From positions 70,548,011 through 70,610,289 of the forward strand of contig JARDVH010000031.1 of assembly GCA_030324005.1 (NCBI GenBank): 62,279 nucleotides of DNA, read 5' to 3'. Below, piece after piece: positions 12,188 to 26,185 of this stretch; positions within the stretch are counted from its first letter, which is position 1; every line of letters starts with the position of its first letter. The notes beneath the pieces were generated by a model. That model did not search any database, was not told where the DNA came from, and was given only the letters and a program-made list of their open reading frames with translations. A program made the position numbers and the translations under genes. This DNA is from Negaprion brevirostris. Taxonomy: Eukaryota.

Positions 12188-12412
12188 CAAAAGCAAAATA
12201 CTGCGGATGATGGAATCTGAAACATGAACGGAAGATGCTGGAAAATCTCAGCCGGTCAGACAGCATCTGTGGAGAGAGAGCAGAGCCAATGTTTCAAGCC
12301 TGGATGATTCTTCGGGGCTCTCATGAAGAGTTATCCAGACTCAAAACATTGGCTCTATTCTCTCTCTACAGATACAGTTAGACCTGATGAGATTTTTCCA
12401 GCATTTTCTGAA
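12188..12412. mobile_element. Palindromic Penelope-like terminal remnant (two inverted copies)
   Basis: Left arm gctggaaaatctcagccggtcagacagcatctgtggagagagagcagagccaatgtttc is the reverse complement of right arm aaacattggctctattctctctctacagatacagttagacctgatgagatttttccagc; centre ~12315. Confidence 0.75.
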
Positions 12413-13124
12413 TATATTTTGACATACTGTGGTGATGTTGCCTTTTTGTATTTGTATCAGATTACCCAGATCCTGTTTCATAGTGATGCTCACAATGATC
12501 TGGAAATGATGGGTCACCCTGCTAAAGTGTAATGTGTATTTGATCTTTTGTAGCTTATGCCCAAAATGTTAAGAAAACAAATAGTTAAAATAAATATGAT
12601 TCCCCACTTAGTTATCCTTCAGGAGATAAATTGGTATGCAAACACCAAAGAAATTCCCACAAACTCCCATCAGGATTTTGTGAGCATGTCATGAATAAGA
12701 TCTCCTAAATTATGCTTTGGAGTGTTTTGCTCTATAACTCCGTAAATATGAATGTAACCTGCATACCATTTACCCTTTGTTGTTTGGCCTGATGCATGTA
12801 AATGTTAACAGCAGCTGTCAAGGGCATTCAGCACTACCTGGTACAACTTACTTTCTTGATGGGAGAGACTATAGCTCACAAACGACAATATTCTGCTACA
12901 GACAGCTAGACCGTGAACTTAGCAGGGAGTGCCTTGATTCTGACCTGTGGCATTGCTTCTCATTAATCTCTCATCAAGTACCTTCAACAATTAAGACCTA
13001 GGACCCAAATGGCATGACGCCAACAAGGCTGAAACGATAAGCAAGGATGACAAGATAAATCAAGTAAAACGGTGCTGAGCTTGGGTTTTAAAAACCCATG
13101 GATTGAGGAAGGTGGACGATAAAA

Positions 13125-13495
13125 TTTGTATTTATTTATATAGCAACTTCATAACCTCAAGATGCCCCAATGCACTTTACAGCTAATGAAGTACTTTTAA
13201 AGTGTAGCAACTGTTGTAATGCATGAAATGCAGCAGACAATTTGCATAGGGCAAAATCCTACAAATAGCAGAATACAGATAATGTGATTCAATGATATTG
13301 GCTGAGCAATAAATAGCAGCCAGAACATCATGGAAAACTCCTCTGCACCTCTTTGAATTTTGCTATGGGGATTTCTTCATCAATCTGAAAGAACAAACAG
13401 AGCCACCTTTTAACATCTCATCCGAAAACAGGTCATTGACAATGCAGTACTAAGATGGTGGCAGTCCACAATATGTATTTGAGTCTCTGGGTAGG
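13125..13495 (-). mobile_element. Deu-type (SacSINE1-like) SINE
   Basis: tttatatagc...gcactttacagctaatgaagtactttt...ttaacatctcatccgaaa pattern with an L2-like tail on the minus strand; degenerate. Confidence 0.65.
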
Positions 13496-15148
13496 GAAAG
13501 AATAACAGGTTACCTGAGCTCCAGAAACAGCTGCTGTCCTTGTAATTATTGTTCTTGTTTTGCATTATGTAAAAACATTGCACAATATTACTGCATCACA
13601 GTAAATACATATTTGACTAATCATTATTAACCTTGAAGTCATAGGGTCATATGAAGTCACTATGTCTGCTATTTCACCAGGAACATTAACCCATTTATTT
13701 TGCCTGCTAAAGTAATGGCGAAGAATTTCAAATAAATCCATCTTCAACCTTTTATTACTCAGCATAACTTCATGACCGCAGTGAATCCATAATGGTTCAA
13801 TGTATGTGCAGCAGACTTGTTTGATACTGCAGTACTTATTTGATAATTCAACCATAGCGTTGAAGTGTCTCCAAGAAAGGCATGGATTATAACTTCAATA
13901 GAAATCTTGCAAGCTAAAATCCTTCCACTTCAATGCACTGTTGGCCTCTCAACATTGGGTCTTGAACAGAAATTCAGGTTCACTCAATTTCTCTGCTCAA
14001 CCTTCAAAATTCCCCAGTTATTCATCATTTAACTGGGTCAGACAGTTTCTCAAGCTCCCACTGTGGCTCCCAGTCTTGTGTATTCCTCACTTCTCTACTG
14101 CTGTTTCTTGGCTTAGTTGCCTCAACTGTACTGACTGCATGGATTTACCTTTTACTGTCCTCAGCCTCACTGCTCTCTCAGGAAGACTCATTATTGCTTT
14201 TCTAACATACTGGACCTGTTGATGTGTATTGCTAGTCCTGAGGTCACCGCTCACATCTGCTGGACTTCTGGATCAACATTTACTGGCATACAGTCGACTC
14301 TCTCAATGCCTTTGCAATTCTCCACTGCAACAGTGCATCCCCTGAAACTCTGCCCCTCGAACTGATCCCAAATTCATCAGCTTTCTATAACTGTCTCTGA
14401 ACCAGGAGATGTGCTTGTTGGTTCTCCAAGCTCTCACAACCCAATCTATGAATCAACTTTTTTCAACTGCAGAGCTCTTTCATATTCTTTACAACCAGGC
14501 TATGTTTCTCCATCATGTACGTGTAACCTGAATTCCTTATTTGGTCATTTCCATGTGTATTTTGGCTGCTGTGCCAGACCATCACCTGTTAATATTACTC
14601 AGTTGTGGCACTGTCATTTGTCTCCTCTAAGGTTCTTAGTCCCACACCACCCCTCACTCTCCACCCTCCCTCCCAAATCTTACATCAGCTCATTAAGATT
14701 CAACCATTATCTCAAGTTTGAATGTTCTTTGATAAGTCCATAGCTGCCTGCTCTGTACCTGTCGTAGTGTTCTTCTTGAGACACACAGAGGCATCTGTTG
14801 CTACTGCCTTACAAGCACGAATTCCCAACTACCCATCCTCCTCTCAGTGACCTTTTCAGTTGATGCACAGGGGCTCATCTTGCCAAATTTCCACCCCACT
14901 CTCTCACAGACTTTTACATGCAACTAATTTAATGGTATTTTTAAGCTGCGTTTGGAGAGACAGGAAAGTCATCCCTAACATCTCTCACCCACAAAAGTTG
15001 GGGGCGGAGAGAATAGGAGATAGTTCCTTTATTTCCATAATCCAAGAAATCACATATTTTCCTTGATGCTAGCAATTCTAGCTAATTGAGGATAATCATT
15101 TCATTGCAGAGACTCAATTAAAAAACAGCAGATATAGACATGCAGAAC

Positions 15149-15445
15149 TAAAGTTTATTTACTAATCACAAGTAGGCTTACATTCACACTGAAATGAAGT
15201 TATTGTGAAAATCCCATGTTGCCACACTCCGGCGCTTGCTTGGGTTTACTGAGGGAAAATTTAGCCTGGCTAACGCACCTAACCAGCACATCTTTGGAGT
15301 ATGGGAGGAAACTGAAGCACCTGGAGGAAACCCACGTAGACACAGGGAGAATGTGCAAACTCCACACAGTGACCCAAACCAGGAATTGAACCCAGGTCCC
15401 TGGCGCTGTGAGGCAGCAGTGTTAACCATTGTGCCACCGTGCTGC
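15149..15445 (-). mobile_element. HE1-type V-SINE, full length
   Basis: Minus strand: tRNA head gcagcacggtggcacaatggttaacactgctgcc...gggttcaattcc (A and B boxes), V-domain, and taaacttt tail. Confidence 0.92.
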
Positions 15446-15924
15446 TTTCCTAGCCTATATATCTGCTGCCTATCTATCTGAATCTAGCTCTTAAGTGTTA
15501 ATTGTGGCACTCAAAATTAAAACAGTGTTGGGCTGAGAAGATATCAACCCACTAGACATTTGGAAATTGTTATTGATGATTGACTGTAGCACCAGTATTT
15601 CACCTTACACTCTTGTGAGTGCTAGTGTGACTTTACTAGGCTGCCCCACCTGCATTGGTAATATTATAATTACTCCTTCAGTGATCCTCTGGATTCCTCG
15701 AAATTCGTTATTGAGGATAACTGCGTCTATACATGCCGTGGCACTCCGTACTGAGGGAATTAGAATAATCCGTCTGTGTGTCCCATTTACTTTGGTTGCA
15801 TTAACTTCAATGCATTTACTGTCATGAATCTACCAATCCACAGGAGGATTGGACTCACTTCAAAAATGTATTATGATAATGTGATGTTACGCTATTCCAT
15901 GAAGAAATAAAAAAGATAAGAAAC

Positions 15925-16860
15925 TTACTGAATAGAGTATAACTGGCAAATTAATTTTGATACAAGTGTGAAGTGGTGCTTTTAGATTGGAAAAACAAAG
16001 ATCAGTGATTGAGATTAACGGGGTACAGGAGAAAAGAAATCAAGTGGTGCATATTTGTAAATCATGCAAAGTACTGAGGTAGATCAATAAAGCTATAAAA
16101 AAGTAAACCAAGCACTGGATTCAATCCTAGAAGGATAGAATTGAAAAGCAAAGAAGCCATATTCAACTTGTATTGAACCTTGGTTAGGCCACAGTTCTTG
16201 TCTCCATATTAGCAAGAAGATATCAAAGCATCGCAGAACATGCGAAGATTCATAAGAATGATAGCAGAACTTACAGAAAAGGCTGAACAGGTTGGGACTC
16301 TTATTCTAGAAAAGGAGAGTACTAAGGGTATGGTGGCAAAATGGTTAGGACTGATGCTTCACAGCGCCAGGGAGCCAGGTTCGATTCCCAGCTTGGGTCA
16401 CTGTCTGTGCGGGGTCTGCACATTCTCCACACCTCTGCATGGGTTTCCTCCTCTGGTTTCCTCCCACAGTCCAAAAGATATGCTGGTTAGGTGCATTGGT
16501 CATGCTAAAGTTCTTCCAAAATATAAGTATACCCGATCAGGCGCCAAAGTGTGGCGACTAAGAGATTTCACAGTAACTTCATTGCAGTGTTAATATAAGC
16601 CTACTTGTGACTAATAAATGAACTTTAACTTTACTTTTTACTTGAGAGAGGTCTTTAAAAAAGGATTTGATAGTATAGATGCAGAGAAAACACAATAAGG
16701 CTGTAGTCTTAAATTCGACTACATGAGATAGTAATAAATCCAATAGTGATTTAGGAGAAACTTTTTCACCCAATAATTAGAATATGGAATGTGTTACCGC
16801 ACAATGCAATTGAGATCAACAGAAAGGGTGCATTTAAGGAAGCTAATCACAGAATAGCTC
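15925..16860 (+). mobile_element. CR1 LINE ORF2 3' fragment interrupted by an HE1 SINE
   Basis: tggcaaattaattttgatacaagtgtgaagtggtgc, aacttgtattgaaccttggttaggccacag and agaaactttttcaccca are typical CR1 RT C-terminal segments. Confidence 0.75.
16326..16643 (+). mobile_element. HE1-type V-SINE, full length, nested in CR1
   Basis: tggtggcaaaatggttagg...ggttcgattccc head, V-domain and gcagtgttaatataagcctacttgtgac tail. Confidence 0.9.
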
Positions 16861-16869
16861 CTGCACAGA

Positions 16870-17390
16870 GGGAGACTATATTCCATTCATCCTTCACCCT
16901 GTGCATTGTTCCTTTTCAGATAAGAATCCAATTGTCTCAGGAATGCCACAACTGAATCTGCCTCCACCAGCCTCTCAGACAGCCATTCTGGACCTTAACC
17001 ACGAGCTGAGTGAAAAAGTCTTTCTTCCTGCCTCTGTTGCTTCTTTGATCAATTAAATCTGTGCCCTTTCATCCTCAATGCTTCCACCAATTCCCTATTT
17101 GAATATCTCTATCAAATCACCTTTCAATCTTCTCCAAGGAAAACGGTCCCAACTTCTCCAATCTATCTACATGACTAGTTTCTCATCCCTTCCATTCCAT
17201 AAGCTGTAGCTTTGCTCGCAGGTTTGTCATATGTTACTGTGTTAAATTCCTTTTGCAAGTCCATGTACATCACATCAACAACATCACCCTGATCAAACCT
17301 CCCTGTTATCTCTTCAAAAAAACTCTAGCAGGTTAGTTAAACATGATTTATTGTGACAAATCCATGCTAGCTTTCCTTAATTAACTGCAT
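16870..17390 (-). mobile_element. CR1 LINE fragments
   Basis: Reverse-complement CR1 segments (gtccatgtacatcacatcaac...aaaaaactctagcaggttagttaaacatgattt; cccaacttctccaatct). Confidence 0.65.
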
Positions 17391-17924
17391 TTACAGTTAG
17401 CAGGGAGAAATGAATAGAGGGATATGATGATGGTGCTAGATGAAGAGGGGTGGGAGATTTGTGTCGAGCAAAACACTGGCAATGGAACAGGTGGACCAAA
17501 TTGATTCTTGCTGTGTTGTAAGCCCAATGCAATAGTTTGATAATATTTGATATATTCCATAGGAATCATCTGGGTTTGAGGGAGCAGGTACAATACTTGT
17601 ATTGGGAAACTACAGACACACCTTTTTGACCTTTTTTTTAAAATTGGCTTTGTCCTTCTGCTCAGAGAGAGAGAAATGTAAAACTGAAAGGAATGTCACT
17701 CAGTTGATTAGTTCACACTTTTTACTCTATTATTTATTCAGACAGATGCTGGTTGATAAACAAGCTTCAAATTATTTGGGATTCAATAAACTGAAGGTAA
17801 ATATTACTGTACACAACACAGGCATTCCAAGTCAATTGCTACATCAAATGGCTCCTTGCCTTTTTATATTTTGTAAAATAAGAACACTGCTGCCTGTGTA
17901 CTTATTGCACCAAAACCCTTCTAC

Positions 17925-18375
17925 CTATCACTCCTGTGGTTCACTGACCCACACTGGTTCCTTGTTAAGCATTGCCTCGATTTTAAAATTCTCATCCTTC
18001 TTTTCAAATCCCTCCATTGCTCATCCCTTCCTATCACTGTAATCTCCTGGAGCTCCACAACGTTCCATGACAAATGCATTCCTTTAATTCTGATCTCCTG
18101 AGAATCATTCACTTTAATTGCTCGACCACTGGTGACTGACGGTACATTCAGTTGCCTAGGTGCTAAGCTCTGGAATTCCCTCCCTGAACCTTTCCGCCTC
18201 ACTTACCTTGCTTTCCCCCTTTTGCAACATTCCTTGAAATATACCTCTTTGACCTAGCTTTTGGTCATTTGCTTAACTCTATGAGGCTCAGTGCCATCTT
18301 TTGTTTTATAATCCCCCACTGAATCATCTTGGAATGTTTAATAACTTTAAAGGTGTAATAAAAATCAAAGTTACT
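17925..18375 (+). mobile_element. L2 LINE 3' end
   Basis: gattttaaaattctcatcctt...ttcaaatccctccat...gctctggaattccctccctgaacc...cctctttgacctagcttttggtca. Confidence 0.8.
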
Positions 18376-18514
18376 TTAATTGTAAGATGGTGTTCCACTT
18401 ACTCATACCTATCTCCACCAGCTACATCTTCAGGATAAGTATACAATCGTAAAAATAACATTTACATAGAGTTACAGATCCAAAAAGAAGTAGCTGAATT
18501 TATACGGCTTGTCC

Positions 18515-18610
18515 AATAGGGGATTTTCACAGTAATTTCATTGCAGTGTTAATGTAAGCCGACTTGTGACAATAATGAATAAACTTTAAAATTAAGTTTT
18601 AAAGTTTAAG
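18515..18610 (+). mobile_element. HE1-type SINE 3' tail fragment
   Basis: taggggattttcacagtaatttcattgcagtgttaatgtaagccgacttgtgac nearly identical to other HE1 tails. Confidence 0.8.
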
Positions 18611-19049
18611 ATCCGTGAGAGTGAATAAAAGGTGCATTGCAAATCACAACAATGAAATTCACATGGTTTAGAACTGCCATTTGAAATCTTAGATTGGAAC
18701 ACTATCTTGTTTCACTCCAGGGTGACTATCCAATTGATGCTGTGCATTCTGTGAAGTGATTTTAGTCAATCTTTGACTTTACTGTAATGCTCACAAAGGC
18801 TGCTGTATGTTGCAGAGTTGATGTGTCAATGGCATGTGAAAATTGCAACATCAAAGAATTAAAAACTACATCACACATGATCTATCTTTCATTTAATGGA
18901 ATGTGCATTTAACCCAGTTTGCAATAGGAAACTTGAAATGAAGTCTCAAGTTTCAAATAGGTAATTTGAATTTGATTCAGTATTTACAAACTAATGATGA
19001 ACCATAAATCATTTGAGATCATCTCCCTAAACTAGGAAGCACCAATAAA

Positions 19050-19400
19050 GAAAGCATCATGTCAAAGGCAGAACTCAATAATCCCTCAATTAATGGATCA
19101 GATCAGAGCTCTGCAATCTTGCCACATTAAGCTGTGAATAGTGGTTGACAATTAAACAAATAACTGGACGAGGAGGCTTCACAAACATTCCCATCCTCAA
19201 TGATGGGGAAGCCAGCAAGCGAGTTCAAAAGACAAGGCTGAAGCATTGCCAAAAATCTTTAGGAGGAGTTTCAGGTCAATGACTCAGCTCAGCCTCCTCC
19301 TGAGATCTCCAGCATTACTGATACCATTCATCAGCCATTCATCTAACATCAACGTCTTAAGAGTCACCAATAACAAGCAACTTAACTGGACAAACCATGT
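19050..19400 (+). mobile_element. CR1/L2-group LINE ORF2 fragment
   Basis: gtggttgacaattaaacaaataactggacgaggaggc...cccatcctcaatgatgggga...gacaaggctgaagcatt encodes a W..IK.L...IP.L.DG...KAE-type segment. Confidence 0.6.
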
Positions 19401-19429
19401 AAGTACAGCTATTTCTTTTTGGATCCTAG

Positions 19430-19960
19430 GATCCAAGCCATCAGAGCCAGGGGAATTATCTGCCTCATTAGTTTGTCTAATATTACCTCTCTAGTTATGT
19501 TGATGCTACTTAATTCCTCCCCTGTACTCTTTAGCATTACTAGGATGTTTGAAGTATCGTCATCTGTAAAGACCGATGCAAAATATCTGTTTAATTCCTC
19601 TGCCATTTCTTTGTTCCCCATAACAATCACTTTAGATTCATTTTATAAGGAGCCTATGTTGACTTTGTGCTCTCTCACCATTTTTATATATTTAAAGAAG
19701 CTCTTATTGTCAGTTTTTATATTGCTTACCCAAGTAATTTATTTTCTTTCTATCATTGTTTTAATCCTCCCTTGCTGGACTCTAAATGTATCCCAGTCTT
19801 CAGGGTTATCACTGACTTTTGCCTCCTTATATGCTTTTTCTTTCAATAAATTACTGTCCTTAACGTCCTTGGTTAGCCATGATTGGCTGATGCCTCTCTT
19901 AAAATCTTTCCCCCTTCCCGGGATATATTTTTGCTGTGAGTCACAAAGTTATCTGCTTGA
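19430..19960 (-). mobile_element. CR1 LINE ORF2 fragment
   Basis: Minus-strand ORF GNKEMAEELNRYFASVFT...SINITREVILDKL, the CR1 segment upstream of the RT domain. Confidence 0.85.
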
Positions 19961-22900
19961 ATGTATTGATCCTACCATTTAATGGCATGTCAAGTTAGCC
20001 TCAATATCTGTGAACTGTTATTCTAACATTTTTAATTGTTTTCTAATTTCAGTAAATCTTGGTTGGACTAGTATCTCAATTCCAGATTAATGAAACCACA
20101 TTTGTGCACATTTTTAATTTCAGATAACTCCGTCTGCATGACAGATTATGCAACAGGTGACTACTGTTTTTTTTAAGGACAGGGTTTTAAGTATCTTGTT
20201 GCATTTTAGAGACCAAAATCAAGACTTTGCTTGGAATTGTGGAGTCAAGAGGCACAAATGCATCTCACAAAGGACTAGGCAAGATCCAAATCGACAGTTT
20301 CTATCGAATAATGGAAAAATCCAGTGAAAAGTTACATGCTAATTTGGGTTAACGGCCAAGAGTTGGTGAGCAGCCTTTGCGAAGCTCAGCAAAAGTTCCC
20401 AAACCCCAGGAAATAAAGCGACCTGTCTCCTCAACTAAGAGTCCATGCATCGTGCCTCCAGACGCATTGATTGTCAAAATGGCACTGGCCTTAAGAATGA
20501 CTTAAATGTGGCAAATGTAAAAGTGCCATTGACTTTATGGGGATGATGCATTGATAATTACCACCAAGATGCTTTTGGCAAAGGATAATGATGGAATGGC
20601 ACAGAAATCCTAGAAAATGATGATCTCACATAAATGATGGCTTAAGTCTTCATGCCATAATTTCCCAGAACCTTATGCTGCAATAATGGAACTCACCATA
20701 TTTGCACCTCCAGCAAGTTCTGGGTCAATGTTTTAAGTAACAGATACTTTGCATAACCACAAGATTTGTTGGATTTTACATCCAACACTTGTGATGAAAC
20801 CCATCCTATTCCTTCTGATTGCATTTTGTGCCTGTAAGCTAACTCTTATTGACTGGTTTACCTGGCTGCCTAAATCTGTTTTTTAAGCTACCAGCTCTCC
20901 TATCAGTGTTTCACCATTTAATCTGTATTTCCATCTGCCATTCTCAAATTGAAAGCTCACCATCTCACACTTCATTACTTTAAACTGCATCTGTCATCAC
21001 TCCACTCACTCAATCAACATCCTTGTGTAATTTTCTGCTCCATTCTTTACTATTCTAAGAACCATCTTGCTTAGTGCCATTGCAAACTTGAGGAAAAAAA
21101 CCCTCTTTTCCTAAGTCGAGATCAGTTGTGCACAGAATAGAAAAAACGCATCATTTAGAAAACAAAATAGTCATGAATTTAAAGCAACAAAAGAATCTCA
21201 GAGAATTTGTAATGAATTGCAACAAATCCTGCAAGAATACCAACTCCCAATTTTTATATTCTGCGCTCGTTAAAAACTTTAGCACTGACAGGTCTGTAGC
21301 TCCAGCACATCTTTCACCAATGCACCTGGGAAATACCCATCTACTGTTACCAAACCAAGCTACTTTAAGCCCTTTGGCTTAACGTGCATCCTTACTGACC
21401 AGAACTTCACGTATATGTGTGGATTTGTACTTTGAAATAAGCGGATACCTGAGACTTTATTATTACCATGCTGTCGGGAAAATAATTAATAATTGATAAA
21501 AAAAAAAGCTAAGCCCGCGCACTAAAATTCTATAAAACTATATTTAATCCCATATTCATAGAGCTAATACTAAACTGTGCTAGATAACAATTGGCAATAG
21601 TTATTTTTCATCCCACAATTTCTCCTCCTTTCTTGATGGTGTCAAATTTTTGCCAGGGGTCAGCATCGACAGACACTAGATGCCCTCCAATACCTTCCCT
21701 AGGCAACTGTTATTGACTTGTACCTCGACACGGAATACCAATAGTATTTTCAATTGCAGGCAGGGACTTTGCAGACCAGCCCAGCTCAATTCCTTCCTTA
21801 ACAATTCTCATGCACTGACTCTTTCGAAGAAGACTACAAAACAGTAATGCAAATGCTGAGAAACAGAAACAGGGAATAATAGGAATACTTTGCGATACAT
21901 ATCTGTGGACCGAGAAACAGAGTTAATGTTTCGGGCTGACGACTATTTAAAGGGCAGTGATCTACAATGTCCAGGTGGATCTTCATGGCATTGGGCCAGC
22001 TTTGGAGGCTGTTTAAAATGGTGGTGGTGGTGAGGGGTCTATGTGCAAAAGTTCTGTCCTGTTTCCAATAGATCCAATTTTTGCTGGTAACGGAATGGGG
22101 GCAAGGCGAGGCTTACTGAATCATCCAGGCACAACACCCTAACTCAACGGGGCAAACTGAAATTCCCACTGAGTTGAAACAGACCATTCTTTTCGCTGGT
22201 CCAAGGCCTTAACCCAAGGTGTGGTAGTCAAGAATTAATGAAAGAAGTGTAAGCACTCTTGAAGGAAAGATCCGTCTGTTTAAGTGTCATGATCTGAAGT
22301 TATTTACATCTTCAGCCCTTTGGGAAAAAACTGTCTTAGTTGTCAGTTAGAGCAAACAAGACATCCACTGCTGGAGTACACTGATTGACTGGCCAACTTG
22401 TGTGGCTTAAAAAAATCCATTAGCCATCAGTATCTACAGTTTCAATAGACTTCTTTGTAGACATTTCCCAAGAGCAATTATTACAGCTGAAACCATTATG
22501 AATGCATGGGTGAATTTCAAAAGCTCCAAACTCACTACAGAATCAGAGTTTTACAGTACACCAAGAAGTCCTTCAATCGTGTCTGCGCCAGCCATCAAAC
22601 ACCTATCTATTTCAATCCCTTTTCTAGCACTTTGATCCTAACCTTGTACATGACAGCATTTCAAGTGTTCATCTAAAGGCTTCCTAAATGTTGTGAGGGG
22701 AAGCTGAGTTCACATTTTGACTGAGAGTTTTAAGCGGCTATATGAGGATGAGCAGCCTTTGAAGTGGTTAGTGAATACACACTTTTACAACATGTCTACT
22801 ACTTCAGGGGATTTTAAACTTTTGAATGAGCTTCATGAATTAGTTTTTGTTTAATATCAAACATGAGTGAGAGGGATCTCAAATTACTTGAAGCAACGAA

Positions 22901-25900
22901 AGAGATAACTAGTCAGATGCCACACTATACCAATGCAGTGCTTTGCCAAATTGTCCAGATAGTATTTTTTTTTACTTTACTCAATTAAAATTGATGCGTT
23001 ACACATTCTAAAAATGTTGACTTATTGGACAATTGTGTTTTTTTGGACAACTGAATTTGAGACACTGCTTTCAAAGGGGAACTGGATAAATCCCTGAAGG
23101 AGAAAACATTGTATTGATAAGGGAAAAGAATAAGGGGAGTGAGACCAACTAGATGGCCCTACAAAAGATTCATCAGGTCCTTCTGATCTGTACTATCCTA
23201 TGATTCTATGACAGAGGCATATTTTCTTAAAACATAGCATAGTTCTGCATAGCTCTATTCCTATTCTAAACTGTAGTACAATACATTATATGACAAAACA
23301 AAGGTAGTCATAGAAATAAATGCAAAACATATAATTAAACTAAGTACCAAAATGTTGTAAAAACGAGTGCATTGCCTTATTGTGCTGCCTAATCCTTAAA
23401 TCATCATAACACTGGGTGAAACCAATTATTTATTTCTTTGTACAATTACCCATGTTGTTTATCTGCAAACGATTGTTTTGATTTTTTCTTCCCTCTTAGT
23501 TATGATGACATTACCATAATCAACCAACACTGAATGTGCAATCTAACCATGGGTGCTACATTGTGCAACTGTACGTAACCTGTTGCAAATGGTAGTGTAG
23601 GACTAATTAGGGTTGAGATCATCTGTCTTAGTTGGGGGGGGTGCTAAACAAAACTTATTTCGGATTTTACAGGATATAAGCAGCAGGATGCCATGTGCCA
23701 TCGTAGTTTGGAATAACTTTGTCACAACAGTGGAATTAAATGCAGAGAAAAACTCAGTACTGAACTCATAAATGTTAGAACAGTGTACCTATCAGAATTA
23801 CTAAACTAATCAGAAAATGGTACTTCACAACATACATGTTTTAACATACATAAAGGGTGATGTTACAATTCGGAAAATAGGACAGTAGCAGACCAGTCAT
23901 CCTTTTATCCATGTTGAACTAAATAATTTTTTGGGAGAGAGTTCCAGATTTCCATTATAACTTGAGTGAAAATGTACTTCCCTTATTTACCCCTGAATGG
24001 CCTTCCTCTAATTTTTGGGCTATGCCCTTGTGGTTCTGGACTCTTTCACCAGAGAAAATAATTTCTCCCTATCTAGGCTATCAAGTCCTTCAATCATTTT
24101 GAATACCTCTATTTTAACACCAATCATCTATACTCAAGGGAATACAAATCTAGTCTAGTTCTACATCCTCATTTTAGCTCAGGTATCTTTCCGATGTCAA
24201 AGTAAACTTCTTTAAATGGTTTGCAAAAACTTTATGAAGATCCATGGAAGCTGTATATATTGCAAGCTGCACTCAGTAACCACACTCATCATGTTCGAAA
24301 CATAGGGGACTTTAAAATTATGGCAGCTGTGTCCTACACTGAACTGTCACAATAGCAATGCCTGTCACATCTTAGCGATAGGCAGCAGAGAAGGGATAAA
24401 GTGCCTGCAGAGGTAGTAGGATTGTTGTTCTGGGGGTTTTGGGGTTTGGAAGCTAACTCGAGATCAGCCCACCATCTCAGGAAATTGTTTGCAAGCAGCC
24501 AAAGGAACTGCTGGATGTTTAAATGACCCACCTTGATGCTCCAAGACATTGTAACAGTTACAACTAAGTCAATTAAACAGCCCTCCAATGCTCTACATTC
24601 CCCCAAACATTCCCCATGCTCCATCCATGCCAACTTATGACCCCCATCCACCTCTCCCATAGCTGCTCATGCTGTCCATGTCAACCTTTGCACACCATCC
24701 ACTGATGAACAATTCCATCTGGGTAGGCCATTGCCTGTTACGAAGGGAACTCATATTCAAAGAGCCTCACAGGAAAATCAATTAGCGATTCCCCGTGGAA
24801 CTCACAGGGGTTATCACAGTTCTCTCATCCAGACTATTATTCATGACACCTCTGAGGACCATGGATCATGAGCCCTTGAAAAGCTGCCCCAGCTCCACAA
24901 AAGTTGCGGAGGGCTAGATGTCTAATTCTGCAATGGAGCAAGCCAGATGGGGGAGGAAGATAGGGCGCAGGCTCACAACCTTTATCCTGTTCTGGTGGAA
25001 ATGGGGGAGGGAGAGCAGGCAGGCACCTGAAATCTTAGAATTGAGTCCTGGACACCATTTTTAAAGGTCCGCGGAGTTGAGAAGGCTAAGAAAAATTATG
25101 TCTCATTTGGACCCAGCAATAAAGTGGTTGAACCCAGAAAAGAAAACTCAAACCCAGCGAATGTTAGCTGCCAATACTCCATCTTTTATGCATCTTTGAA
25201 TGCTACTTAAAACTCTGTTTCCACTCCTATCAGGCATAGCTTGCATTTCTAACACATTACCTTTTAATATCAGCTAGTATATCAAATTGCATTGTAATGA
25301 TGTTTCAAATATGACTCTGCTTAGGGACAGTGCAGTCAAATCTCATTAACTGAAATAGTGTTCTAATAACATAAAAATACTTGTTGGACAAGAGGTTGTG
25401 TTTCACTCAATGTACTCCCACTGAACAACTTCAGGAGAACACTTACCCCTGATAACAAGTATAAAATATTAAGGTCCATCAAAAGTCACATTAATGAGAC
25501 TTGACTGTAAATGTAGCATCTTGGTTATTTAATTATAAGCATTTTTTTTAATGAAATCAGATGACTGCTTATCTATTACTTTTTTTTAGAAAAAACATAT
25601 TTGTAGTGATACCTTTTGATTGTGGACTTTGATCTTCTGCACTTGCTAAGCTCTAATTGCTTGTTAACTCTTTTACTAAGCTAGTTTTGTGTTTTGGAGT
25701 AGAATTTCCAGACGTTCTGATAAACTGAGTTTGTGACACTGAGCTAATACAGGTTCTCAATAAGCATAATGTAATTGGGAAGAATCTAGTCTTAAATTCT
25801 AAAGCCTTGTCATATGGATAAGAGTACTGAGCAATGGGTGGTCAGATACAATGATAAAGATTGACAGAATTGGTCTGAGGCACAGTTGGAAGAGGGACTG

Positions 25901-26185
25901 CACATACAGGTTTCACAGAGCAACAAATCCACTTTCACAGGTGTGCAACATTTATGGTTTTAATACTGCAAGATCCATCTCAGTGGTTGGCTTCGCACTA
26001 GAGCAAATCAGACAGCAGACTTTCAATATTATGGCGCTACACCTCAATGCAAAAGGTTATACCATATCATCATAACATGTTCATTCACTGAAACTGTTGC
26101 AACTGAAACTGATATTTACCAGTCTGCCTAGAGTCAATACTGTTGTGTATTTTAGTGAGATTGCAAGACCCCAAAATCATTTGGA

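Noticed and set aside
15149-15445. tRNA genes here and at other SINE heads
   Set aside because: The A and B boxes belong to tRNA-derived SINE heads followed by the V-domain; no complete cloverleaf.
19419-19982. 187-aa hydrophobic plus-strand ORF
   Set aside because: It is the antisense reading of a CR1 ORF2 fragment.
20124-20156. Plus-strand 33-nt microexon-like segment (tttcag|...CAG|gtgact; NSVCMTDYAT)
   Set aside because: It is antisense to GTDC1, has no partner exons on the plus strand and gives no recognisable peptide; such site pairs occur by chance in 62 kb.
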